64,000 nt of DNA, from IMG/VR virus record IMGVR_UViG_3300043424_000108, positions 1-64,000 of that record; one strand, 5' to 3'. Below, in pieces: positions 1-8,541 of the stretch (positions are counted from its first letter, which is position 1; the number at the start of each line of letters is the position of its first letter). A program made the translations under genes and the position numbers. Under the pieces are notes generated by a model, which saw nothing but the letters and a program-made list of their open reading frames with translations, was not told the DNA's origin and ran no database searches. This DNA is from a virus.

Positions 1-462
1 TGCTTTAGAGCTATTTACCCGTTAATTTTAGCTATGGACTATGAAGCTAAGCCTAAATGGTGCCCCAGATGGTTTCTACGCTTCTTACACCTGTTTGGTT
101 GTGATAACTCTCTAGTAAGAGTAAGAAACAGAAGATTACACAACCTATTTAGAAACTTAACCAAAGGTATTATGTTCTGGGACTATAAGACTAAGTGGAC
201 TAGTTATGACTTACGTATTAGTATTTCAGCACCTAAACACTTACAAGATCTAGCTGATGATATAGAAAGCGGGTTTTACAGTAGGGGTAGACAAGAAGAA
301 CTAGTAGCTCAGATTAAAAGACTAAACCCTAACTCAAACATTATGTGGGGTAGTATTGATCGCTTAGAAAAACAACTAGAAGAACTACAAGCTGAAAAAG
401 AAAAAAGAGATAAGCAATTAGATTCTCTTGTTCAACAAGCTAATGATAAACTTAGAGGATAA
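1..462 (+). CDS. hypothetical phage protein, probably truncated at the window start
   Basis: Frame is open from base 1 through the ATG at 34; coiled-coil C-terminus. Confidence 0.7.
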   Translation, partial: CFRAIYPLILAMDYEAKPKWCPRWFLRFLHLFGCDNSLVRVRNRRLHNLFRNLTKGIMFWDYKTKWTSYDLRISISAPKHLQDLADDIESGFYSRGRQEELVAQIKRLNPNSNIMWGSIDRLEKQLEELQAEKEKRDKQLDSLVQQANDKLRG

Positions 463-466
463 AAAA

Positions 467-793
467 ATGACAAACAATAAAAAACAGACTGGGATAAATG
501 AAGTTGAGTACATTATTAAAGTTAATCAATTTGCAAAAGAAAACAACACGGATAAGCCAAGACAACAGACAGCAGTTGAGTGGTTGCTAAATGCAATAGA
601 AACTAAAAATGGTGAGGAATTTTCTTCTTATTATACAGAATTTATTGAACAAGCCAAAGAAATAGAGAAGGAAAGAACAATTCAATTTTGCATAGATTGG
701 TATTTTAATGGCACTGTAATGATGAAAAAAATTGATGTAAAAACTACCATTGAACAACACTACAACGAAACCTACGAAGGAGGTGAGCAATGA
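467..793 (+). CDS. small early protein, QQTAVEWL...EQAKE family
   Basis: Likely start ATG 467 (MTNNKKQT) after an A-rich leader; ends YEGGEQ with ATGA overlap; paralogous to 2066..2329. Confidence 0.75.
   Translation: MTNNKKQTGINEVEYIIKVNQFAKENNTDKPRQQTAVEWLLNAIETKNGEEFSSYYTEFIEQAKEIEKERTIQFCIDWYFNGTVMMKKIDVKTTIEQHYNETYEGGEQ
769..793 (+). repeat. gene-junction repeat copy (AACCTACGAAGGAGGTGAGCAATGA)
   Basis: 25-nt exact match to 2646..2670; degenerate copies near 1488, 1797, 2052, 2305, 3746, 5226. Confidence 0.9.
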
Positions 794-990
794 TTTGGGA
801 TTTATTATCTGATAAACAGAAAGAAGAAGTAAAAGAGTATGTAAAATCCTTTGGATTAGAAATTGCTCAAATTTATGTTCAAGTAGAAGAAAACACCAAA
901 GAACCTATGGTGCTTGATTCAAAAATGAACTTAGTAGATATCCACGAAGTAATAGAAGGAGTATATTTAAGAGACTTAATTAACAAATAA
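790..990 (+). CDS. hypothetical protein
   Basis: ATGA-coupled ORF preceded by GGAGG. Confidence 0.7.
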   Translation: MIWDLLSDKQKEEVKEYVKSFGLEIAQIYVQVEENTKEPMVLDSKMNLVDIHEVIEGVYLRDLINK

Positions 991-997
991 AAAGCAA

Positions 998-1105
998 ATG
1001 AAAAACAATAAAGACCAGATGACAGTTGGCAAATACCTTTTACTTTTTGTAGGCATTTCATTCATTATTTTTAATACCTTATTACAATTAAACTTAATCC
1101 TATGA
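998..1105 (+). CDS. 35-aa membrane peptide (not in ORF track)
   Basis: MKNNKDQMTVGKYLLLFVGISFIIFNTLLQLNLIL; shares the array N-terminal motif; ATGA overlap with next gene. Confidence 0.6.
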   Translation: MKNNKDQMTVGKYLLLFVGISFIIFNTLLQLNLIL

Positions 1106-1341
1106 AAAACAATAAACAACAAACGGCATTTGACCAGTTATTCACATTAGTAATTAAAAAATATGAAAATGTAGAATGGGTATTTCAATTCAATAATGAT
1201 GAACCGATATTACTTGGACGACCTAAAGATGACACAAAAGAATTGATTTTGACCATTGGTAATAGGTCTGATTCTAATGTTTTATTTAGCGATGGTAAAG
1301 GAAACACATTTAAAATTTTCGCAAGGGAGCAAAAACAATGA
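1102..1341 (+). CDS. hypothetical protein
   Basis: Starts MKNNKQQTA; coupled on both sides. Confidence 0.7.
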   Translation: MKNNKQQTAFDQLFTLVIKKYENVEWVFQFNNDEPILLGRPKDDTKELILTIGNRSDSNVLFSDGKGNTFKIFAREQKQ

Positions 1342-1505
1342 CAAACAATAAACAGCACACAACAGTAAAATTTGAAAGGTTCAAAGAACTCTTTCAGGTA
1401 CTACCGTCAATTTCAATTTATCAAAGGGAAGAAAAGTATGTAATTGGATTTACTTGGTTAGTATTTGGATTGATTATTAACATATTTAAAGGAGATAAGC
1501 AATGA
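1338..1505 (+). CDS. 55-aa hypothetical protein (not in ORF track)
   Basis: MTNNKQHTT...LPSISI...IGFTWLVFGLIINIFKGDKQ; fills the gap exactly with ATGA overlaps at both ends. Confidence 0.7.
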   Translation: MTNNKQHTTVKFERFKELFQVLPSISIYQREEKYVIGFTWLVFGLIINIFKGDKQ

Positions 1506-1795
1506 GCAAAGATAAATTTAAGAACTCGCCAATACACGACAAGAAAGCAATCATTGAAATGATGGATGAGTTAGAACCTAAAGACATGATTGAGGTTGTT
1601 GAATTGCTTAAGAGCAAACAAGAAAAAGTTGTATATGAAGTTGACTTTGGTGAAGAAACATATGGTGAGGTTAGATTGAAGGATGGTGTCTATAGGTGTT
1701 ATGTAACACCGCAATATGGAGGTGAGTTTCATCAAGAAAAAGGCGAATACTATGATTTATCTGAAGCAATTAAGTATATTAAATCAATAACATAA
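1502..1795 (+). CDS. hypothetical protein
   Basis: Coupled ORF in array. Confidence 0.7.
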   Translation: MSKDKFKNSPIHDKKAIIEMMDELEPKDMIEVVELLKSKQEKVVYEVDFGEETYGEVRLKDGVYRCYVTPQYGGEFHQEKGEYYDLSEAIKYIKSIT

Positions 1796-1814
1796 TTCAC
1801 GGAGGAGACGAACA

Positions 1815-2069
1815 ATGAAAAAATACCGTATTATAGAAGAAGGTAAAAAATTTTATGCTCAGGAAAAGAAGACTATCCTATCACCTTGGATGTTTCTAGA
1901 CAATTATTTTGCAAGTAAGACTTGGCTTTTTGACAAATATGAGTGTCAATGTAGTTCAATTGAAAGTGCCATTGAAGTTATTGAGAAGCGTATCACGTTT
2001 AAGGAAAAACCAAAAAAAGTAATTCATAAATATCCATTAACTACAAATATTAAAGGAGGTAATCAATGA
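1815..2069 (+). CDS. hypothetical protein
   Basis: MKKYRII start, GGAGG upstream, ends KGGNQ. Confidence 0.7.
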   Translation: MKKYRIIEEGKKFYAQEKKTILSPWMFLDNYFASKTWLFDKYECQCSSIESAIEVIEKRITFKEKPKKVIHKYPLTTNIKGGNQ

Positions 2070-2329
2070 CAAACAGTAAACAACAGACGGCAGTGGACTA
2101 TTACTCCAAAGAAATCGGCAGATTAACAAGCGATTTGGTAACTGGTAAAATAACAGGAAAACAATTTGTTATGTTGGAAATCCAACTGCTCGAACAAGCC
2201 AAAGTAATGGAAAAGGAGCAAGCAATTAAGTTGTATTATGAATACGAATTATATGCAATGATGAATGAATCAGAGGTAATGACATTTGGGCAGTTTTACA
2301 AACAAACATACGGAGGAGATGAGCAATGA
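2066..2329 (+). CDS. small early protein, QQTAV...EQAK family
   Basis: MTNSKQQTAV...EQAKVMEKEQ...TYGGDEQ; paralog of 467..793. Confidence 0.75.
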   Translation: MTNSKQQTAVDYYSKEIGRLTSDLVTGKITGKQFVMLEIQLLEQAKVMEKEQAIKLYYEYELYAMMNESEVMTFGQFYKQTYGGDEQ

Positions 2330-2670
2330 AAGCAAATGAATTAAGAATTGGGAATTGGGTAATGAACAAAGGTGTTCACGTTCAAATAGAGGAAATTACC
2401 CCGAATACTGTGAGTTATTGTTTTGGAACCTACACCTTGGATTTTGTCGAACCCATCCCATTGAATGAAGAATTTTTGTTGCGATTTGGGATTGAGAAAA
2501 TGCACGATGGTAATTATTGGACTAAAAAACTTTGTATCCGCAAGGATAGAGATGAATTTTATGCACTTTATGAACAAGGCAGAATATACATTCAACACGT
2601 GCACCAACTACAAAACCTATACTTTGCCTTGACGGGTGAGGAATTAACCTACGAAGGAGGTGAGCAATGA
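2326..2670 (+). CDS. Bacteroidota phage protein, ELRIGN...VHQLQNLYFALTGEEL family (YopX-like)
   Basis: Characteristic terminal motifs MKANELRIGNWV, PIPL and HQLQNLYFALTGEEL. Confidence 0.65.
   Translation: MKANELRIGNWVMNKGVHVQIEEITPNTVSYCFGTYTLDFVEPIPLNEEFLLRFGIEKMHDGNYWTKKLCIRKDRDEFYALYEQGRIYIQHVHQLQNLYFALTGEELTYEGGEQ
2646..2670 (+). repeat. gene-junction repeat copy
   Basis: Identical to 769..793 although the upstream genes are unrelated. Confidence 0.9.
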
Positions 2671-2867
2671 ACGACAAGATAAAACAAATAGATTTAGATA
2701 AAGCAAAATTCATCGGAGAAGGTGAATGGGTTAAAGATTCCGCATACCAAGTGTATGAATTGGATGGTAAGTATTATTCTGTTATAGTAATTGGGCATAC
2801 CAATAAAGAAATTATGGATGATTCTATAACTGAAATAAAATTTGAAGACATAAATTTTTATATTTAG
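2667..2867 (+). CDS. hypothetical protein
   Basis: Coupled ORF. Confidence 0.7.
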   Translation: MNDKIKQIDLDKAKFIGEGEWVKDSAYQVYELDGKYYSVIVIGHTNKEIMDDSITEIKFEDINFYI

Positions 2868-2873
2868 AAAGCC

Positions 2874-3269
2874 ATGACAAACATTAAACAACAGACATAT
2901 ACTATTGAACAAATAGCCAAGCAAAACAACATTGCTTTGTATTTGAACGCCAAAGGTGAAGATAACACTGGGTTTTCATCTCGTGAAAATAGTCTATGTA
3001 ATGCGGAGATTTATATAAGTAAGTGTGACAATAACGAAATACAAAAAGCAATTTTTTTTCATGAACTAGGACACTTGTTTCAAGATAAAGAGAATTACTC
3101 ATTTCCACATCAATTTCACTATGAACTTGATGCTTGGTTAGTTGGTTTAAGAATTGGTTACAGCTACGGTTATTTTATAGACTCTAATCTATTTTTTGAA
3201 ATACTTGTACCAAGTCTAAAATCATATCAAATAAAAGGAATTAAATATAAAGAAGATGACAAACAATAA
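2874..3269 (+). CDS. zincin metallopeptidase (ImmA/IrrE-like)
   Basis: FFHELGH (HExxH) plus downstream ELDAW. Confidence 0.65.
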   Translation: MTNIKQQTYTIEQIAKQNNIALYLNAKGEDNTGFSSRENSLCNAEIYISKCDNNEIQKAIFFHELGHLFQDKENYSFPHQFHYELDAWLVGLRIGYSYGYFIDSNLFFEILVPSLKSYQIKGIKYKEDDKQ

Positions 3270-3456
3270 ACAACTCTCAATTATTGACGCACTATGCATC
3301 GTAAAAACAGGAAGTAGAACAGAGCAAGAAAGAGAATTACTAGACCATGCTTACTTGGTAATCAAACAACATTCAGAAATACTACATCTTGAGTATCAAA
3401 GAGAATGCATTGATGAGAAACTTTTTAAGATTAAAGAAAGTGACAAACAACAATAA
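3256..3456 (+). CDS. hypothetical protein
   Basis: Starts MTNNKQ. Confidence 0.7.
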   Translation: MTNNKQLSIIDALCIVKTGSRTEQERELLDHAYLVIKQHSEILHLEYQRECIDEKLFKIKESDKQQ

Positions 3457-3763
3457 ACAGACGGTAGTTGACGCTGCAGAATTAGCTTTTAAACTCTACC
3501 CATTTAGTAGTGATTCGGTAAGAAATGCCTTCATTACTGGGTATAACAAAGCTAAAGAGATGGAGTGCGTGCTACTCTGTGCGAAGGAACAAAGGTCTAT
3601 CGAACTACCAAGTGATGAGGAGATAAAAGAAATGCGTAAAGCCTACCTCGAGGAGGTCAATGACATTGTTCATGCAGATTTAGAAAGGGATGGATATTTG
3701 GATTTAGGATTTCATGTAGGCGCAAAATGGATGCGTGATAAAATACAAGGAGGTATCAAATGA
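3440..3763 (+). CDS. hypothetical protein (LPSDEEI...GAKWMRDKI family)
   Basis: Likely GTG start at 3440 (TNNNKQT motif); C-terminal half paralogous to next gene. Confidence 0.7.
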   Translation: MTNNNKQTVVDAAELAFKLYPFSSDSVRNAFITGYNKAKEMECVLLCAKEQRSIELPSDEEIKEMRKAYLEEVNDIVHADLERDGYLDLGFHVGAKWMRDKIQGGIK

Positions 3764-4005
3764 AACTATACACAGAAGAACAAGTGTTACAAATAATCGG
3801 TAATCTAAACAGAGAGTATTTTGTAACTCCTGAAGAATTATTAGAAGAAATGGAATTAACACCCATCCAATTATCAAGTGATGAGGAGATTAAAAAAATG
3901 ATGGAGTTGGATGGTATGGAGTTTGATGAATTTGACCCTTATGATGTATCTTATTTAGGTGGTGCAACTTGGATGCGTAATAAAATACAAGGAAATAAGG
4001 AATGA
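3760..4005 (+). CDS. hypothetical protein (MKLYTEEQV...SDEEI...GATWMRNKI)
   Basis: Shares DNA blocks with previous gene. Confidence 0.7.
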   Translation: MKLYTEEQVLQIIGNLNREYFVTPEELLEEMELTPIQLSSDEEIKKMMELDGMEFDEFDPYDVSYLGGATWMRNKIQGNKE

Positions 4006-4214
4006 GAATCCCTAGAAGACTAAAGAAGAAAGTCCCTAAGAACACTCCTTACTGCTATGTTCCAGATCATAAGAAGAACGCACAGCAAAAAGAGTTATTT
4101 CCTTACTGGATTAAGTCTTGTCCTTTCTATCAACATCAAGAAGGTATAGAAGGATGGTGTAGACTAGTCAAGAGTGAAGTGATGGACCAATGTAAATCAT
4201 GCAAAATCAAATAA
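4002..4214 (+). CDS. small Cys-rich (Zn-binding?) protein
   Basis: YCY...CPF...WC...DQCKSC. Confidence 0.65.
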   Translation: MRIPRRLKKKVPKNTPYCYVPDHKKNAQQKELFPYWIKSCPFYQHQEGIEGWCRLVKSEVMDQCKSCKIK

Positions 4215-4465
4215 TGTACTTAGTTAGTTATCCCACAGGAAGTTACGACACTTACTATGAGAATCTTGTGTTTGTTACACACGATGAACAACTTGCAATA
4301 GCCTATGTAGAGAAGTTTAATAGAATTAGAAAGAATCTACAAGAATATCATGAGGAGTTTGTAAAAGACAAAATATGGGATGAGAATAGTCAGTATAATT
4401 GGTATAGATGGGATCGTATCATGGATACAGGTGCAGCTAGTTATACCGAAATTGACTGGAGGTAA
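4214..4465 (+). CDS. hypothetical protein
   Basis: Probable start at TAATG overlap 4214. Confidence 0.65.
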   Translation: MYLVSYPTGSYDTYYENLVFVTHDEQLAIAYVEKFNRIRKNLQEYHEEFVKDKIWDENSQYNWYRWDRIMDTGAASYTEIDWR

Positions 4466-4468
4466 GTT

Positions 4469-4747
4469 ATGCTAGAAGATATTATTAACCCAACACCAGC
4501 TAGGCAGCTGATCAATGACTTTTATTATCAGTTGCCTAACAATGGGTCCCATAAAGAAGGACTACTAAGCTGTGAGAAGAGGTACAATGAAGCGATTACT
4601 TGTGCCCTAGTTTGCATAGACCATATGATAAGAATTGCTCCTTGGGGAGGTGTTATTGATAATGAAGTTGAAGATGGGTCTAAGGAATATTACTTGAAAA
4701 TAAAAGAAGAATTAATACAGATTAGAGATGATAAAATGGAAATATAA
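4469..4747 (+). CDS. hypothetical protein
   Basis: ORF preceded by GGAGG. Confidence 0.7.
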   Translation: MLEDIINPTPARQLINDFYYQLPNNGSHKEGLLSCEKRYNEAITCALVCIDHMIRIAPWGGVIDNEVEDGSKEYYLKIKEELIQIRDDKMEI

Positions 4748-5003
4748 ACCCGCAGGTAATTGTCCAGTACAAGCAGAAGGCTGGTTCTTAAAACATTATT
4801 TTTACTTTAGGGCTAGAGGTCAGTGGGCCACTATTGAATTCAGTGAGAGTGAAGATCACCATGATAGAGATGAAGTCTACAAAATGTACATACTAGCTAA
4901 GACAGACGAGTATATGGCTGGTTGGCTACCTAAGTGGATATGCCGATTGCTGATCTACAAAGGATGTCTTAAGTTCTTATTGTTTAAACTAATTAAAAAC
5001 TAA
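4728..5003 (+). CDS. hypothetical protein (CPVQAEG...FYFRAR motif)
   Basis: Motif typical of a small phage protein family. Confidence 0.7.
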   Translation: MIKWKYKPAGNCPVQAEGWFLKHYFYFRARGQWATIEFSESEDHHDRDEVYKMYILAKTDEYMAGWLPKWICRLLIYKGCLKFLLFKLIKN

Positions 5004-5006
5004 ATT

Positions 5007-5243
5007 ATGACACTAAAAGAATGGCTTAAAGATGTTTACTATGACCAATGGGGTCAATACCTATGGAGTAGACAAGATGAAGAAGGAGGCTCTCAGATGG
5101 TAGGCGAGATTAGAGGATGGGGTGCTTTACAAAATGAATTTGAAACAGACATAGAAGCTGGAGTATTTCAGGATGAGGTAGGTAAGTTTATTGCTGCAGC
5201 CATCAATGAGAAAGTACAAAGAGATTTTGGAGGTGAACAATGA
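5007..5243 (+). CDS. hypothetical protein (IRGWG motif)
   Basis: Ends GGEQ with ATGA overlap. Confidence 0.7.
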   Translation: MTLKEWLKDVYYDQWGQYLWSRQDEEGGSQMVGEIRGWGALQNEFETDIEAGVFQDEVGKFIAAAINEKVQRDFGGEQ

Positions 5244-5545
5244 GTAAAATAGAACAAGTTAAAATAGACTTAAATCTAGATGAGATTTTTAGATACAAGT
5301 TAGTCAGAGAAAGAGATGGCTTATCTAACGTAGGTCACAAAGCTGGATGGATTGAATGGAACGAAGATGGCACCTTTAAAGAACTACATGATGAACCTGC
5401 AGTAGGTAGGTCGCTTATTCTAGATCCTCAAAGAATGTCTTATACCTGGCTGACTACTACTGTAACAGAGATTTTGGAACAGAAAGAAAACTATATTAAG
5501 TTTGCAACAACAAACAGTTTATACGAATTATGGCAAAACGATTAA
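5240..5545 (+). CDS. hypothetical protein
   Basis: Coupled ORF. Confidence 0.7.
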   Translation: MSKIEQVKIDLNLDEIFRYKLVRERDGLSNVGHKAGWIEWNEDGTFKELHDEPAVGRSLILDPQRMSYTWLTTTVTEILEQKENYIKFATTNSLYELWQND

Positions 5546-5817
5546 CAAGAGAACAAAAACGTGAAAAAGCAGTGGTTGACATCATCAATCAAATGTTTAT
5601 CATTGCAGGTCATGATGTTACATTTGATGACATCAAAGATCGTAAAGACAACTGGTACACAGAGTGGACTATGACTGTTGAACAAAGTGATGAATGGAGA
5701 GCTTGGGGAGTAAATTATCTAATGAAACTTTTTAAAGTAAACAAGAAGTTTGCTGAGACAGAGATGGCATGGATGAATCTAATGTGGGGACTTAAATACT
5801 CAAATCTTAACCCATGA
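5530..5817 (+). CDS. hypothetical protein
   Basis: WYTEWTMT motif resembles WYEKHTWT in 13877..14200. Confidence 0.7.
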   Translation: MAKRLTREQKREKAVVDIINQMFIIAGHDVTFDDIKDRKDNWYTEWTMTVEQSDEWRAWGVNYLMKLFKVNKKFAETEMAWMNLMWGLKYSNLNP

Positions 5818-6866
5818 ACAGCATAGACACACAATACCAGATCTTACTTCAATCTATCTTAGATTACGGAGTAGAGAAGTCTGATAGAACAGGAACAGGT
5901 ACTAAGTCAATCTTTGGCTACACCATTAGACATCGAATGAGTGATGGATTTCCTCTCTTAACCACTAAGAAGATGCCTTGGAAGACACTAGTAACTGAGT
6001 TGCTGTGGTTTTTAAATGGCGACACTAACATTAAGTACCTTTTAGATAACGGATGTAATATCTGGACAGGAGATGCTTATAAATCTTACCGTGAACCTAG
6101 ACCAAATGATAGAGACGCTTACACTGTAGAAGAGTTTGTAGAAGCGATTAAAACTAATCCTGAGTTTGCTGCTAAATATGGTGAGTTAGGTCCTATCTAT
6201 GGTAAGCAATGGAGAAAATGGAATAGCCCAAAAACTGTTATCGGTGATGATTCACATTCTTGGCAAATACTAAAACCAGTAGATCAAATTGCAAACCTAA
6301 TCAATGACCTTAAAACAAATCCAGACTCAAGACGGTTGATGGTTAGTGCCTGGAATGTAGGCGAATTAGACCAAATGGTACTTCCTCCTTGTCATTATGG
6401 CTTCCAAGTCTACACAAGAGAGTTGACCTACGAAGAAAAAAAGACGTACATGGACAAACACTTTAGTGGTAAAGCACAACTTACCTTAAGCGATTTTGAG
6501 AAGTTTAGTATCCCAAGTAGAGCTATATCTTTGATGTGGAATCAACGCTCAGTAGATACTTTCCTCGGTCTTCCCTTTAACATCGCCTCCTATGCTCTTC
6601 TCTTAACTATCCTTGCTAAAGAGGTTAATATGGTTCCTGATGAATTAATCGGTAACTTAGGTGATACTCACCTTTACTTGAATCATATCAAACAGGCTAA
6701 AGAACAAATAGAAAGAGACTCTTACGAGTTACCTAGTCTTTGGATCAATGATTTAAGGTCTGATACTAACACTATCTTAGGAGATATCACTAAGTGGTCT
6801 GCAGAAGATTTTAAAATTAAAGATTACAAATGTCACCCAACGATCAAAGCACCCCTCTCCAACTAG
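5814..6866 (+). CDS. thyA: thymidylate synthase
   Basis: DRTGTGT, FPLLTTKK, ELLWFL, PDSRR, LPPCH, QRSVD, GLPFNIASY, GDTHLY. Confidence 0.98.
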   Translation: MNSIDTQYQILLQSILDYGVEKSDRTGTGTKSIFGYTIRHRMSDGFPLLTTKKMPWKTLVTELLWFLNGDTNIKYLLDNGCNIWTGDAYKSYREPRPNDRDAYTVEEFVEAIKTNPEFAAKYGELGPIYGKQWRKWNSPKTVIGDDSHSWQILKPVDQIANLINDLKTNPDSRRLMVSAWNVGELDQMVLPPCHYGFQVYTRELTYEEKKTYMDKHFSGKAQLTLSDFEKFSIPSRAISLMWNQRSVDTFLGLPFNIASYALLLTILAKEVNMVPDELIGNLGDTHLYLNHIKQAKEQIERDSYELPSLWINDLRSDTNTILGDITKWSAEDFKIKDYKCHPTIKAPLSN

Positions 6867-7048
6867 ATTTAAAAGGATTCACACCTAAACAATACGCTGC
6901 CCTTATACTTAAGGATGAACTTAAACTAAACGGTAGTAGGTCAGGTATTAAGTTAGGTATAAATCACTACGCTTTTAAAGCTCTTTACAAGAGAGCTAAA
7001 GCAAAAGAAAAACTAAAACAATCTACTTATGATAAACCATGTATGTGA
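6830..7048 (+). CDS. hypothetical basic protein
   Basis: Fills the gap between thyA and the GNAT. Confidence 0.55.
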   Translation: MSPNDQSTPLQLDLKGFTPKQYAALILKDELKLNGSRSGIKLGINHYAFKALYKRAKAKEKLKQSTYDKPCM

Positions 7049-7493
7049 AAAGAGGCCTGAGTACTTTGAGTTTATCTCTAGTCACTTTGGAGTAACTTTC
7101 ACAGAGAAATCATTTAAGGACCCTACATTAAAAGTGCATGCTCTACACGAAGGAACAGAAATAGTAGCAGTACTTTTAATTAAAAAGAAAAAAGATAACC
7201 AGTATAGAATCACTTTTATACGGGTATCTGAGGAGTTTCAAGGTAAGCGTTATGGTCATGCAATACTTAACATAGCCTTGCATGATGCGTATAACGAAAA
7301 TAAGGGCCCTATAAAGGCATTTACAAGGGTTAAAGCACAGAACATCCAATCTCTTAACTTCTTTCAAGCAGAGGGCTTTAAAATAGCTGAATTTGAATGC
7401 CTGCATGATACCGTGTTAGAGAATGGAAACATTGTTACAGAGCTAAAACCCGCTTACATTTTAAACAAAGACTACGATGACAACAGAACCTAG
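7029..7493 (+). CDS. GNAT family N-acetyltransferase
   Basis: Motif A IRVSEEFQGKRYGHAIL; motif B NIQSLNFFQAEGF. Confidence 0.85.
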   Translation: MINHVCEKRPEYFEFISSHFGVTFTEKSFKDPTLKVHALHEGTEIVAVLLIKKKKDNQYRITFIRVSEEFQGKRYGHAILNIALHDAYNENKGPIKAFTRVKAQNIQSLNFFQAEGFKIAEFECLHDTVLENGNIVTELKPAYILNKDYDDNRT

Positions 7494-7878
7494 AATTCTA
7501 TTAAACAGAATTCAAACACCAGATGGTAGTATCTTAACTTCTTACAATAGACATGACTACGTTGAATATAGGGACAGACTAACTAAAGAGGTCCTTATGG
7601 TAGACGGAGGTACAGACTATTTAAGAAGAAATATAGGTACTTACGAAGAGTTAAGCGTCTATGACGATGGAACTCACCTAACTAGAAGATCAGCTATACA
7701 CTGGGGAACCAGAGGTAAAGACGGCAGACAACCTTTAGTCTACAAACCAATCAAAGACTTAGACTCAGATCATATTCAAGCCATCCTAAAAACACAACAT
7801 CAAATCTCTGACTTTTACAGAGAAATTTTTAAGGATGAGTTAAAATATAGATTTGACGAACAGGCAGAAAAACTTTAA
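7477..7878 (+). CDS. conserved phage protein (VDGG.DYLRR / WGTRGKDG)
   Basis: Recognisable motifs of an uncharacterised phage family. Confidence 0.75.
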   Translation: MTTEPRILLNRIQTPDGSILTSYNRHDYVEYRDRLTKEVLMVDGGTDYLRRNIGTYEELSVYDDGTHLTRRSAIHWGTRGKDGRQPLVYKPIKDLDSDHIQAILKTQHQISDFYREIFKDELKYRFDEQAEKL

Positions 7879-7883
7879 CTTTG
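7853..7883 (+). promoter_or_regulatory. Bacteroidota sigma-A-type promoter
   Basis: TTGACG-N17-TAACTTTG, 8 nt before ATG 7892. Confidence 0.6.
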
Positions 7884-7891
7884 TTAGCCTT

Positions 7892-8119
7892 ATGACTCCC
7901 AAACAACAAGCAGAGGCTATGGAACAAGAAATCCTAATGGGATTAGGGTTCCAAATGAACGGTTACGCTTACAAACAGATTGCAAATTACACAATTGACA
8001 AGATTATAGCAGAATACAGAGATATGGACAACTACGTTAAAGACCGTTCTATGAATAATGCTATATTGTTTTGGAAAGACGTTAAGAAGGAAATAAACAA
8101 AGATGAAAGAAGCTTGTAA
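7892..8119 (+). CDS. hypothetical protein (MTPKQQA...FWKDVKKEI)
   Basis: Likely start ATG 7892 directly after the promoter. Confidence 0.7.
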   Translation: MTPKQQAEAMEQEILMGLGFQMNGYAYKQIANYTIDKIIAEYRDMDNYVKDRSMNNAILFWKDVKKEINKDERSL

Positions 8120-8255
8120 GGAAATTGGTAAAAAATTAAAGAACACTAATTGTATGAGTAGTAACGAGTTCTTCGCATACACTCTTCTCTTTGTCTCGTT
8201 CTTCTCTATTATAGTAGCGTTTGTAGCAAATTTAATAGCTACCTTTGTAGAATGA
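8103..8255 (+). CDS. 50-aa membrane protein (not in ORF track)
   Basis: MKEACKEIGKK...FFAYTLLFVSFFSIIVAFVANLIATFVE; ATGA overlap with 8252. Confidence 0.6.
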   Translation: MKEACKEIGKKLKNTNCMSSNEFFAYTLLFVSFFSIIVAFVANLIATFVE

Positions 8256-8455
8256 GTTCTACATATACATTAAGCGAGAATGGTACGGTGATAGAATATC
8301 GCCTGATTGTAAAGACAATGAAAAAGAATGAAGACTACAAGTTCTACTCAGAAAGTGAAAGAGACAAAGCCTTTAAGAAAGCACTAGAAGAGAAAAACTT
8401 ACTGCTAGCTCACCGTTACAAACGAGATAGCGAACAAACACCAGAACAACTTTAA
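8252..8455 (+). CDS. hypothetical protein
   Basis: Last ORF before terminator. Confidence 0.65.
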   Translation: MSSTYTLSENGTVIEYRLIVKTMKKNEDYKFYSESERDKAFKKALEEKNLLLAHRYKRDSEQTPEQL

Positions 8456-8477
8456 CTTAACTTAAATTAAACTAACA

Positions 8478-8501
8478 AAGCACCTCTAGGGGTGCTTTTT
8501 T
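8478..8501 (+). terminator. intrinsic terminator
   Basis: AAGCACCTC-TAG-GGGGTGCTT hairpin followed by a T-run. Confidence 0.8.
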
Positions 8502-8541
8502 CATTTAAAACCATTTAAAACTATTTAAAACCTAAAATAAT

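Noticed and set aside
467-5243. Junction repeats as a CRISPR array or attC integron
   Set aside because: Repeats are degenerate, non-palindromic and coding, separated by whole genes; no cas or integrase gene in the window
5814-6866. Extra segments in thyA as intron or intein
   Set aside because: Short in-frame loops with no splicing or nuclease motifs
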